From assembly GCA_946965045.2 (NCBI GenBank), contig OX337236.1, positions 248,001 through 312,000 on the forward strand: a stretch of DNA of 64,000 bases. Direction: 5' to 3'. Below the pieces are notes generated by a model. The model did no database searches. It had not been told where the DNA came from and saw only the letters and a program-made list of their open reading frames with translations. Shown here one piece after another: positions 11,001-20,661 of the stretch; positions within the stretch are counted from its first letter, which is position 1; each line of letters opens with the position of its first letter. The translations under genes were made by a program, and so were the position numbers. Source of the stretch: Epithemia pelagica (Eukaryota > Protista > Bacillariophyta).

Positions 11001-13324
11001 TCGTCGTCTCGTTGTCGTCCCACGAATGGATGCGTAGAATCATCATTATCATCATTGCAATCATAATTGGATGCATTGGTCAGGCGTCGCAAAAAGTCCT
11101 CCAACGACAAACGGACAGGTCCCTGAACCAAGCCGGCAATGGCATGAGAAATGTAGTCGGGATATCCCTGAATCAAAAGTTCCAAGGCATTGTTGAACAA
11201 GTCATCCAAATCTTGTTCCAAGACTTGAGCAGTCGTCAAGACGACTGGAGGATCGCCGTTGGTTGCCGTCGTGAGGGTGGGAACAATCCGCATCGATTCC
11301 AGGGCTGTCTGGACCGCAAGCTCGGGCGCGGTGAAGTCCAAGACCGATTCCAAGAGACACTGTAGGGAATCCATGGGAATGTCATTGTCCCACCATCCCT
11401 GGAGGACATTGAGAAGGACACCCGTCGTGACATTGGTGTGCCACAAGGACGGATCGACCCACAGTGCCAGTGTCGCATTCCAATCCAAATGACCCAACTG
11501 CAACTCGAGGGTAAATTCTTCGTGCAAGTCTTGAGGGCCGGAAAACATGCCGCCCGGAATGGACGACACATTGAGGGCGGCCTGGATCCGAATCTGGAGT
11601 GCCTGGTCGGTCTGCAACCGTGACACAAAATAGTCGTCCGCGCTCGTTTCAAAGAGTTGCAACTGGTTCCACTGATCCAAACCCGAGAGGGCAATGGTGG
11701 AAACATTTACGTGCAACGCTCCGTATCCGGGCCATAGCAGGGACAAATTGTGCAATCGATGCGGTAGAGGCATGGAATACCACAAGACTTTGTCGTCATC
11801 GTCGTCATTGTCAGGATCCTTGTCGTCGTCGTCGTCATCGTGCGCATGGACCGTGTCGAACGGCGGTTGGTCTTGCAATTCCAAGAGTGCTCGAATGACC
11901 CCATTGACCCCATGAAAAAAGAATCCACACGACCGTTGGTCGTCATTGGACGACGGTTGTTGGAGGCTGGGCAACCACGTGGGCAACAATCCATAATGCA
12001 AATGTCGTCGCACAAAGGCATTCCCAACACTGAGTGCATGGGTCAAGAGTGGAGCTTGCGTCGACCATGCCACGGCGTCCTTTCGAAACGAATCATCATC
12101 ATCAGGATCATCCTCCTGGATGATCGCGTCTGGCCTGTCCCGGAGTGGCCCTTGATCTTGTTGCTGCTGCTGCGGTTCCCTCCTACTCCACTCGTGATGC
12201 TCGGGTGGTGCATCATCATCATCATTGTCGTCGTCGTCGACCACCAAGTGTTGATTCAAAAAGTCCGTCACGGAGTGCAAGTAGGACGACACGAGAGGAT
12301 CCACCAACTCTTGGAGGGCGGGACAGACTTGCTGAGAAATTTCGTCTTGGACATAGTGTTGAATGGAATGACGGAACCAATCCACCATGTGCGCGGACAA
12401 ACTCCCGGAAAAATGCAAGGTGGGAACCACCAAGGTGGAGTGACAGGCCGTGGTTTGAACCGCGTCTGGTTGCCTCAGGCCCAGTGAATTGTGGGTCGAC
12501 GAGGAAACCTCCCACACGAGACGAATGGGATCGTGTTGGGTCGGATCGACCGGGTCATGCTTGTGATGGTGGTGATGGAACCGAGGCGCCCGAGGTTCCT
12601 CGTCGTCGTCTTCTTTTTTTTCTTTTGGGTGGTTGTGGTTGGGCGGAGGAGTCGCCAGGACGGCATGTATTTTTCCAGTAAAGCCACCCGTGGCATGATA
12701 GGAACCGGTACACGTGGCCGAGACATTGGCCACCCCCAACGCCAAGGAGGAGGAGGAGAGGGTCGTGTCATTGTGCGACGAGGCATCATCATCCTGATAA
12801 AAGGATTGGATCCGTTGCAGAGTAAAATTGGCACAGACCAAATCGTGAAGTTGGACCGTGACCATGTGCGATCGAAAGGATTGATTGGGCACGGCAATGC
12901 GCAAAAAGTACAACCAACAGGTAAAGGAATGATAGCGATGGGGAGGAGGAGGAGGATCCGTGGCAAACGTGGTGGTGGCATTGGGACCACGGCATTCGGG
13001 TGGAATCTCGCCAAGGACCGCAGAATCGGCAATCTCGTCGTAGACCACAGCATCATCAACAGCATCATCATCAGCAGCAGTATCAGGAACATTAGTATCC
13101 TCGTTCATTCTTGTTGTTGTTGTTGATGATGTTGTTTGGATGGATGGTCTCTCCTCCTTCAACGAATGGGCGTTCACCATCCCCGGCGATCCATCCTTCC
13201 AACACAACACTACCATCCATACAGCGACCCATCCACTCCTACACCAGTGTGACCACCAAGAACCCCTGTACAGTCTTGCTTCATTCCTCCTTGGTGGCAT
13301 TGTCCTTGTCGTCATGGTCGTCAT
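8033..13324 (-). CDS. Large single-exon membrane protein (about 1760 aa): signal peptide, BPI/LBP-like N-terminal region, two C-terminal PqiA (paraquat-inducible protein A) domains
   Basis: PqiA motifs FSGIWPYAKL...LGKFSLVDTYV and VAPFACL...EIANAWSAVEVFCLSI. First plausible ATG at 13324. BPI-like pattern TACHSTL...EISQQVCPAL. Confidence 0.85.
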   Translation of the reverse strand: MTTMTTRTMPPRRNEARLYRGSWWSHWCRSGWVAVWMVVLCWKDGSPGMVNAHSLKEERPSIQTTSSTTTTRMNEDTNVPDTAADDDAVDDAVVYDEIADSAVLGEIPPECRGPNATTTFATDPPPPPHRYHSFTCWLYFLRIAVPNQSFRSHMVTVQLHDLVCANFTLQRIQSFYQDDDASSHNDTTLSSSSLALGVANVSATCTGSYHATGGFTGKIHAVLATPPPNHNHPKEKKEDDDEEPRAPRFHHHHHKHDPVDPTQHDPIRLVWEVSSSTHNSLGLRQPDAVQTTACHSTLVVPTLHFSGSLSAHMVDWFRHSIQHYVQDEISQQVCPALQELVDPLVSSYLHSVTDFLNQHLVVDDDDNDDDDAPPEHHEWSRREPQQQQQDQGPLRDRPDAIIQEDDPDDDDSFRKDAVAWSTQAPLLTHALSVGNAFVRRHLHYGLLPTWLPSLQQPSSNDDQRSCGFFFHGVNGVIRALLELQDQPPFDTVHAHDDDDDDKDPDNDDDDDKVLWYSMPLPHRLHNLSLLWPGYGALHVNVSTIALSGLDQWNQLQLFETSADDYFVSRLQTDQALQIRIQAALNVSSIPGGMFSGPQDLHEEFTLELQLGHLDWNATLALWVDPSLWHTNVTTGVLLNVLQGWWDNDIPMDSLQCLLESVLDFTAPELAVQTALESMRIVPTLTTATNGDPPVVLTTAQVLEQDLDDLFNNALELLIQGYPDYISHAIAGLVQGPVRLSLEDFLRRLTNASNYDCNDDNDDSTHPFVGRQRDDEELVCPPPPSSPSDDMSLQWLNFSKVMPLQQLQTFLSHPKTLDHLNRYIQCTADSVTQTLLEDQHSSSWNLLARDDNDDDDDDDVWSWWGNTINNNNNNKWHKEKTEVREDKEMTVEFHRDRDPHAGLYRLNVTNMYFQNIGQIDSLNLLAPTDDGLSLSNAVSYGTNEPSTAAAVQVPQLVLQLDLHLPNITATANITLFWNDLALADRLLLHYNVNQLKSFGLARVFEHGHCLLVPVDDFLVSSGVMSSSLNGENASFAIGLFAANVSTSVTLQDNKNEDANTNETMTYTLTTLDYPVVQDLVQAMVGWAADSGRDFVNLASVYSLSEAFQLCTGHETGSPHHDDTNTDDDHDELYDPQELWSMILIVATMLVLAQPVVLLLQEKSALPNHGGSNGGADPNPEESANPMTQPLLDPGMGDDLVNGTNPYNPFNDTPNNVEKPKPALLDSPHIALHTRIGLPMLILVTIFILLSSNLSVGASVELTAVIGRKTLELPSLFEFTLFGTAHEMWNAGIYPVFFLVVVFSGIWPYAKLVIMLICFVSRKIQDGPRGQLLLALDSLGKFSLVDTYVLVLMMVAFRYHLRFFDGDVIGLDVAVVPHYGFYGFLLATTLSLGLGHDAVYCHRLAESVFPTTETEPTTTDENAANPSTAEPPQSLLYHSFHVNGTRRQLSRLCMVLLLLLWMAAAILLGIGITKTSFVFEFGGLAGLALGEENRRTAYSLVSLGTSIPASSHSTVGTYILMTAYFFYAVVAPFACLYWLFILLVFPMNVKRQLDILFLAEIANAWSAVEVFCLSIVASLLEISTFASFIIGDRCETINEVVQDYWPSDADLSDANCFTVQSSVEWNAGYLIGGALLNSFVVSITMRLVHTAMNDRIQRDGPVATMVRGTSLDVLSSSSAASGLLSSSRWWLRLLASSCVLGLVFSAPCGQDRTDGDGHADEDPASHGDNRDGVPSSTRAHEMTRDSTSFSAQKPVLIEENEGAVE

Positions 13325-13562
13325 GGTCGTCCTGCTTTTCGATTGGGGGCTTGAAATTTCCAATTTGGAGTGAAACTTTTGGATCCACGATTCAAACCGT
13401 CCGACGAGGAACATCCTACTTTCTGTTCCACTGTAAATCGTGAACGCTTTTCACGGGACTTGACACTGACACTAGATCTGAGTCCAGTATTTTTTGCTTC
13501 CATCGGGAGAGAGGGACGAGAGTGAACAACGGTATAGAGGCTTCGGGCAATCACCTCTTTGT

Positions 13563-13690
13563 GGCAAAGAGGCCAACGAGATCCAGAAACTAGTACGGGG
13601 ATACAGTCACCATTGACACTATAATAAAGCTGATCATGTCGAGCAAAAGGAAAGGTTCGAAGCAATCGTCCAGCATGAACAACAGAAAAA
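13563..13690 (+). pseudogene. Relic copy of the TOP6B promoter and first ~18 codons (MSSKRKGSKQSSSMNNRK)
   Basis: Aligns with 26698-26815 (CCAACGAGATCCAGA, TACAGTCAyCATTGACAC, TGATCATGTCrAGCAAAAGG...TTCGAAGCAATCGTC). Confidence 0.75.
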
Positions 13691-13730
13691 GTAAGAGAAC
13701 GACCAAAACACTACATCCATTGATCGATGA

Positions 13731-15484
13731 GTGGACGCCAATGCGCAAAACCCCATGACGGAACCCTTGTTAGATCCGGGTATGGGAGACGACCTTGGGA
13801 AGAGCAACAATCCGTACAATCCATTTCAAGACAAATCGAGTAATGTCGAAAAACCAAAACCGGCCCTTCTGGACAGTCCACACATTCCACGCCTTGTACG
13901 AATTGGTCTTCCCATGCTCATGCTTGTCACAATTTTTGTTCTACTGATGAGTAGCAATCTATCCGTGGGTGCCAGCGTGGAACTCACGGCAGTGATTGGA
14001 AAAAAGACATTGGAGCTTCCTTCTCTTTTCGAATTCACCTTATTTGAAACGGCCCGTGAAATGTGGCATGCTGGAATTTACCCAGTCTTCTTTTTGGTGG
14101 TGGTTTTCAGTGGAATCTGGCCCTATGCCAAACTTGTCATTCTGTTGATTTGCTTTGTGTCGCGCAAGATTCAAGATGGACCACGTGGTCAATTGTTGTT
14201 GGCCATGGATTCCCTCGGAAAATTTTCCCTCGTCGACACCTGTTGATGATGGTGGCCTTTCGGTATCACCTCCGATTCTTTGATGGCGATGTGATTGGCC
14301 TAGATGTTGCCGTTGTTCCACATTTTGGTTTTTATGGCTTCTTGTTGGCCACCACACTCTCCCTGGTGTCGGGACATGCGGCCGTGTACTATCACCGCGT
14401 GGCAGAGGTTGTGTTTCCAGCGACCGAGACTACGACCGACGAAGCTCGCGTGGAGCCAACGACAACATGTCCTTCACAGTCTCTTTTGTACCATTCGTTT
14501 CATGTCAATGGTCAAAGGCGCCAGCTGTCACGTCTTTGTATGTTTGTACTGTTGCTGTTGTGGATGGGAGCGGCGATTCTCCTGGGCATTGGGATTACGA
14601 AAAAGAGCTTTGTGTTTGAATTTGGGGGCCTGGCGGGTCTTGCATTGGGTGAGGAGAATCGCCAAACTGCCTACTCGTTGGTCTCCTTGGGTACATCGAT
14701 TCCAGCGTCTAGTCACTCGACCGTCGGCACGTACATTTGGATGGCGGCCTACTTTTTTTGCGCGGTCGTGGCACCCTTTGCCTGTCTCTATTGGCTGTTT
14801 ATCTTGTTGGTATTTCCCATGACGGTCCAACGTCAGCTCGTGGTTTTGTTTCTGGCCGAAATTGCCAATGCCTGGAGTGCCGTGGAAGTCTTTTGTTTGT
14901 CGATTGTGGCCTCCTTGCTGGAAATCTCGGCCTTTGCGTCCTTTATCATTGGTGACCGTTGCGAAACGATGAACGAGATTGTTCAAGATTACTGGCCCAG
15001 CGATACGGACTTGAGTGATGCCAACTGCTTTACCGTCAAGTCCTCTGTGGACTGGAACGCGGGCTACTTGATTGGAGGAGCCTTGTCGAACTCCTTTGTC
15101 GTTTCGATTACGATGCGATTGGTCCATGCCGCCATGAACGATCGCATACAACAAGATGGGACAGTGGTTTCGACCATGGCACGAGGTACCTCCTTGGATG
15201 TCTTGTCGTCTTCCTCGTCGAATGCCTCTGGACCCTCGTCCTCGTCCCGGTGGTGGCGTTTCTGTACCCGTCCCTGTGTGTTGGGGCTCTTGTTCGCAGC
15301 ATCGAGCCCATCGTTAGCTAGACAGGACCGGTCGGATGGACATGGTCGTTCGGTGGACGAAGAGGAACCCGGATCAAATGGAGACAATCGTGATGGAGTA
15401 CCAAGTTCCTTTCGTTCTCCCGAAAGGAGGGTCGATTCCACTACAGATCCACAACCAGAGGAACATGGAGGAACCTCGGAATAA
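13731..15484 (+). pseudogene. Inverted, 5'-truncated duplicate of the PqiA region of the 8033-13324 gene, frameshifted
   Basis: High peptide similarity to the C-terminal third of the parent. Net 10-nt deletion at about 14241 (DTYVLVLMM becomes DTC-stop). Homology continues into the 3' flank. Confidence 0.9.
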
Positions 15485-16188
15485 TAATGCAGTGGGTTTA
15501 GATTTGCCATCAAATCCGTGTATACTGTGATTTGGAAACTTCAATGGATGGGTCCACGGAATCGAATGGTATCCTGGCAAAATGGGACTAACGAATGGCA
15601 ACCAGAACCACAAACCCAAATCCAGCCACTGGACCAAAGATAGTGCAGGAATCGGAATAGACACACCATATTACAACCATGTCTGACCACTATGGCGCAC
15701 ACTGCTGGAACACACGCAGTAACGCGTTCCCCATGGCTCCCAGTCGATCCAGCAATCGCTGAGCCCGAACTGGATGCCACGAGTGTGAACACGTTGCTCC
15801 ATTCTCCTATTAAAGCTACGAATAGAATATTCTTGAGCAGGTTGGTGCGCACCCGCTCTTCGTATCCCATGTATATAATAGGAACCACTCTCTCTGGAGT
15901 TGTATTTTGGATGATGTGCTAAAATCACAGTGCCGGTGTGATGGATAGGGAGTAGTGAAGGAAATATGGGGGTAGATATTTTATGCGTTTTTGAAATGTA
16001 GCTTGCGACACAATATGGGTCAATTTGGGTCAATTTGTCTTTTGGGGCAATTTGTTGGGTAACAGAGCCACCCCCTTTTTCCTAAATTTCCTCTAAAGAT
16101 CACAATTTTCATACCGTGCTATTTCATATGAGTATGGCATCCTTCCTCTCGCTCCTATCCACACGAACGAACTCTCTCTGCATTGGCC

Positions 16189-18852
16189 ATGTACCGCTTG
16201 GGTCGTCGCACCGTATTCGCCGCGGTGGGTGGTTCTCGAGGCGGCAGTCTTTCTACAACAACAACACCAGGACCGGCGCATCCTCGAATCACCACCATGC
16301 TGCAACGACCCACAACAAATGCTGTCAGTCGTCGGAGGAGGAATCATTTCATACAGTCACACAGCAAGATGAAGTCGAAAGAGCTGGTAGCTCAGTGCAG
16401 GAAGGAACTCCAAAAAGAAGCCAAAGAAGCGGAGGAACTTTGGAGCAATCAGAAATGCATCGCATTCATCGACCGCTTGGTCCAACAAGGAGATCTTCAA
16501 GCCGCAAAAGATGGTCAATCCATCCCAGCTCCAGCTCCAAAGGAATCAGCAGCAAATAATTCAAAGATTGGCTCCGAAGAAAACGCTCTTGATAGAACTG
16601 AGAATTTTTCGACCATGAAGGATCTGATTCGATTTGCGGCCCAGTGTTCCAAAAAGAAAAAGGACACCATATTCTTTCGCGTAACCTGGGGAGAACAAAC
16701 TTTTGCAAGGCACGACGAAGACTACATCAACGATGAACTCAGTCGTAGCATGAGCAGGTTGACTAGGATGTCTGCTAGTTGGCAATGCCAAGGTGCGGAG
16801 GAACCTACCGACAAAGTCTTCGAGTTAGAGAAAACAACAAAGGAGGAAGTGGAAGATTTCTTTGGCCTTAGAGACGACATTGTGGCCGGAAAGACTTTTC
16901 TAGAGACGTGGCTCGTCCCCTTGAAAGCAAAAGACACAGAAAGTTCTTTTTATATTGCCAAAGTGGCTATTCCTTTCGTCAAGACGGACCCACCAGATGC
17001 CGACAAATACTTCCGTTCCAGTGCAGCACTCGATGAAAGCCAAGTAATCGTCGTTGCTGGCGAATCAGGAAGCGGCAAATCCGTGTTTGCATGTCAGCAG
17101 GCTCTTGAGCTCAAATATGATGTCCTCTATAAGGCGCTGACTGCTGATATCTTCAAGAATGCAGATCCAAAACCAAAAAAGAAGTTTCCTGCGCTGAATA
17201 CGCTGCTACAATCTGTCATCGACGACATGGATAAAAAAAATGATCTTGTCACTAGAGATCAAATTGATGTGGATGTGCTTTTTGACCTGAAAAAGGAGCT
17301 GAACATTTCTCGAAACTCTTGGGCTCGGAGTGTTTTCAAAGCAGCCTTTGACTCTGTCAAGGATAGAGCCAGGAAAGTTTATCCTGTGGAGAAGTGGCTA
17401 TCTGATAGATGGAAATTCAAAATCAAGCCTGACAAAGTAGCCATTGTCATTGATGGTGCTACGGATATTGATCTTGTTGAGGGTCTAATCGCAGTTGGGC
17501 AAGAGATCATGGACGATTATTCCTACTTGGCAAAACGCGGTGGTAGAGTGCAGCTGGTGTTGGCTGGTGTCGGCCTGGATGCAATCGAAATACCAGGCCG
17601 CATCAGAACCAACCCTAAATCCGCCAGGTTTGTTACCAGGAAAAGCCCTGTTGTCGAGAAAGTAATGAAAGGGGGAATCGTGTCAGGGGGCGTGTCACAG
17701 GAGGTCCAGAATGCACTTGAGCGAAGAGTCTTTGCCAGAGTCCTCAAAACAAACACGAGGATGTTCTTTCGATCGGTACTGCCGATCCTTCAATTGGATG
17801 TGCACTATGAAGACGCAGAGTATGAAGGAGAGCCAGAAAAGAGAAAAACTCGCTTGGAAGATCGTTTGGTTGCAGTTGGGTCGTTCCGAGCTCTAATGGA
17901 CCATGCGCCAAGGTTTTATGTTAATCAAATCACGGCAGGGGATTTGCAGAAGACTGGATCACTAAATGATCTTCTGCTACAGTCTTTTTTGGTCCACATG
18001 GTTAAGTCCATGGAAAGGCACGAACCCAAGGATGAAGTGCTGAAGGAGAATTGGGAGCAAGAGCTTGCTCTTGATCGCAAATTCAAATGCTATAAGGATT
18101 TCGACGAGTTTTCAGAACACAGTATCTACTCGAAGGGACTAGCAATCCGCAAGGGAACGTCAAATGCGCTGAAGTTTCTTGCCTGCTTCGGGTTGACATG
18201 TCAGCTTCGAGCAACTTTCGGTGAAGAATTTGAGGAGACGACAGCGCTACACTTTATGCGTTACATGCAAACCCAAGGATACGAGCCCCGGCGTGTTAGC
18301 TTGAAACATGCATGGCCGCCACCGCGCACAAAGGGTGACATCGCACCCCAAATAACGAGACTCGGCAACATTTTGGAGGAGCAAGGGAAAACGGAAATGG
18401 AGTGTTTGTTGCAGCTTCGGTCACAACCGACCGCAGGTAAATGGTGCTACGTGTTTTCCCAGGGCACAGCACGAGCTCAAGGCGGTGATGTTCTTGCATT
18501 GATTCTGGATATGAGAATGAAGGAAGAAACAGGTGAACTCTCAGGGATAAGTGAGCTCGAAGCCATTCAGTGCAAGCACGTTGCTATCTCGCCGAGCCGA
18601 GAAGTTGGTCGCGGATGGTGGCATGCTTTGGGTGTCGACTTGCAAAAGAATGGAGACTACAACCTGAGTCCAAAGTCAGGTTCTGCCGGATACTCGTACA
18701 TCGGCCTCACTGCATTCAGAGATTTACTCAGTCAGTGGTTGCCAGGGGTGGAAATCAAAATTGGAAAGCGTACTCTTGCGATGTCGTTTGAGACTCTTTC
18801 TAGTTTTCCAATTCCAAAAAGCAAAACGTGCTGTACGGACGAGGAAAGTTAA
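16189..18852 (+). CDS. P-loop NTPase plus C-terminal PD-(D/E)xK-like protein (Crinkler/RHS-type architecture), intronless
   Basis: About 887 aa ORF. Walker A GESGSGKS, degenerate Walker B AIVIDG, TNTR motif, C-terminal GGDVLAL...EAIQCK. Confidence 0.7.
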   Translation: MYRLGRRTVFAAVGGSRGGSLSTTTTPGPAHPRITTMLQRPTTNAVSRRRRNHFIQSHSKMKSKELVAQCRKELQKEAKEAEELWSNQKCIAFIDRLVQQGDLQAAKDGQSIPAPAPKESAANNSKIGSEENALDRTENFSTMKDLIRFAAQCSKKKKDTIFFRVTWGEQTFARHDEDYINDELSRSMSRLTRMSASWQCQGAEEPTDKVFELEKTTKEEVEDFFGLRDDIVAGKTFLETWLVPLKAKDTESSFYIAKVAIPFVKTDPPDADKYFRSSAALDESQVIVVAGESGSGKSVFACQQALELKYDVLYKALTADIFKNADPKPKKKFPALNTLLQSVIDDMDKKNDLVTRDQIDVDVLFDLKKELNISRNSWARSVFKAAFDSVKDRARKVYPVEKWLSDRWKFKIKPDKVAIVIDGATDIDLVEGLIAVGQEIMDDYSYLAKRGGRVQLVLAGVGLDAIEIPGRIRTNPKSARFVTRKSPVVEKVMKGGIVSGGVSQEVQNALERRVFARVLKTNTRMFFRSVLPILQLDVHYEDAEYEGEPEKRKTRLEDRLVAVGSFRALMDHAPRFYVNQITAGDLQKTGSLNDLLLQSFLVHMVKSMERHEPKDEVLKENWEQELALDRKFKCYKDFDEFSEHSIYSKGLAIRKGTSNALKFLACFGLTCQLRATFGEEFEETTALHFMRYMQTQGYEPRRVSLKHAWPPPRTKGDIAPQITRLGNILEEQGKTEMECLLQLRSQPTAGKWCYVFSQGTARAQGGDVLALILDMRMKEETGELSGISELEAIQCKHVAISPSREVGRGWWHALGVDLQKNGDYNLSPKSGSAGYSYIGLTAFRDLLSQWLPGVEIKIGKRTLAMSFETLSSFPIPKSKTCCTDEES

Positions 18853-20085
18853 GCGTGTAACTCACTGACTTTGAGTCCAGACGCGATTCTGGTGGACGAG
18901 GAACATGGTATGTACAGCAGGTTGGAAAATCGTAGTTTAGATAGTTCTTGTTGGTTGTGGTTGTGTGCGTCTCCAGGGACATGAGAAAGATCTCGTCCGT
19001 CTGCATCTCCTGCGTGTCTCGCCCTTTTTCTCGATCCCTCTGTGTTTCTTGGTTCTTGTGTGTCTTCTGTTCTCGGGAGACGGTGGGATGGCCAAGGTCG
19101 CTCCTGAGATGCTTCAAACCCCTTCTTTCCGCTATGACACCTCCAAAGTTTCAAGAGGTGCCTCCAATACATTCCACCCCCGGATCGGTGCTTTGCCCAG
19201 GAGCGAAAAAAGCTCACCATTCTCTTTTCTTCTTGTCCCGTCCACCATCTTCTTATTTTTGGTTGGAGTTCCAAACATGACACTGCTGCGGCCGTGCGCA
19301 ACACAAACAAAGAGAGAGCATCATTGAGAATTCTTGGGAAAGGATTTTGTTTGTGGTCCACACTCCACAAACACAACCATGTCCGTGTCGTGAAAACGCC
19401 GTGCCAGAAGGACACGAAATGGGTCCTCTCTCAGGCACACAACAAATGGGAGAGGAACGAAATGATCCTACCTAGTATACTCAATCTCGTGGATCTTGGG
19501 TACCAGTTTGGTGGTGTCATAATTCGTGTGTGGTGACACTTGAAATGAAGGAACGTGGTTGGATCGTATGGTACGCCCACAGGTGCTGTTATATATTATA
19601 TCTCATTTGAAATAACGATCTACTAATAGAGGGCATTCATTCTGTGCACCCAACAAGGAATGGTCATTCGTCATGGAAACGTGGTAGTATACTGTCATGG
19701 TTAAATCTTGCCGGCATCTTTCATGACCATTCCGCCATTCTGCAAATTGTAGAATAATATTGGGAGCACAGGGAAATGAAAAAAGTGACAAGCTGGACAG
19801 AAACATGTATTGGACAAGACACAACAACATGTTGATAGATAGAGAGATAAATATACAAGCGTGGGAGTCAATTCGTACCGACGGTGTCATGCAAACACCA
19901 CCAGCTTCAATATGATCAAAGGCATAATGGACCCGATTCCAATTGTTGGTATACACACCCGCTTGCAATCCAACCTTATTCCTCTTAGATTCCCTTTCCT
20001 TGTTCTTAACCTGTTTCTCATTCAACATAACCTCACATCTATCAGTCTCCGACAACAATTCCTTGCTTTCTTCTTCTAACACATC

Positions 20086-20370
20086 TGTTGGATCACTAGA
20101 TTGGCCCAAATGGAGTCTTCCGTGCACAGAAGCAATAGAGATGTAAATGTAGACGAATTGCTTTTCAAAATGATCGATCTAGAAAGAGTGAATGTTACGA
20201 CTAGAGTGTTGTCCAAGATGGGAGTTGTTGTTGTGCCAGTTGAGATCGAAATCATCCAAGATCTAGGTGTTCTATAACCGCCTCCCATACGGTTTCTATC
20301 CCAAGGATTTGGATGTGCGACCACTACGGGATCACGACATGAAGAGCGACTCAATTCTTTGATTCCGACA
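20086..20370 (-). repeat. 3' LTR of copia element (285 bp)
   Basis: Matches 26014-26305 except for one substitution and one 7-bp indel. Confidence 0.97.
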
Positions 20371-20661
20371 CCCTGCCTAATTGTGTCGCTCGAATGTCAT
20401 TGATGCCATAAATTTTTGATGAATGCAGAATGATGTGAGAACTGTGTTGCGTGTGCGTTGAAAGATACCCTGCCTGACTTCGATGTACTTGTTGTTGTTG
20501 GTAAGTGATGATGTTGATGTTTGTTTGTTGTTGATGTTGTTGTTGTATTTTGTTGGATTCTAATGTTGTTTTTGATTTGTGTTGAGTATGGAGTTCAGGG
20601 CAGATGCTGTCAATGAAGATGTCGCGTTTCACTGTGGTGGTATGAGAATGAATGGGCTTGG

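Noticed and set aside
11840-13126. Several 180-215 aa ORFs overlapping the PqiA gene
   Set aside because: Alternate-frame or antisense shadows of GC-rich coding DNA
18849-19415. 188-aa minus-strand ORF after the NTPase gene
   Set aside because: No recognisable motif and overlapping ORFs of similar size in other frames; cannot be supported
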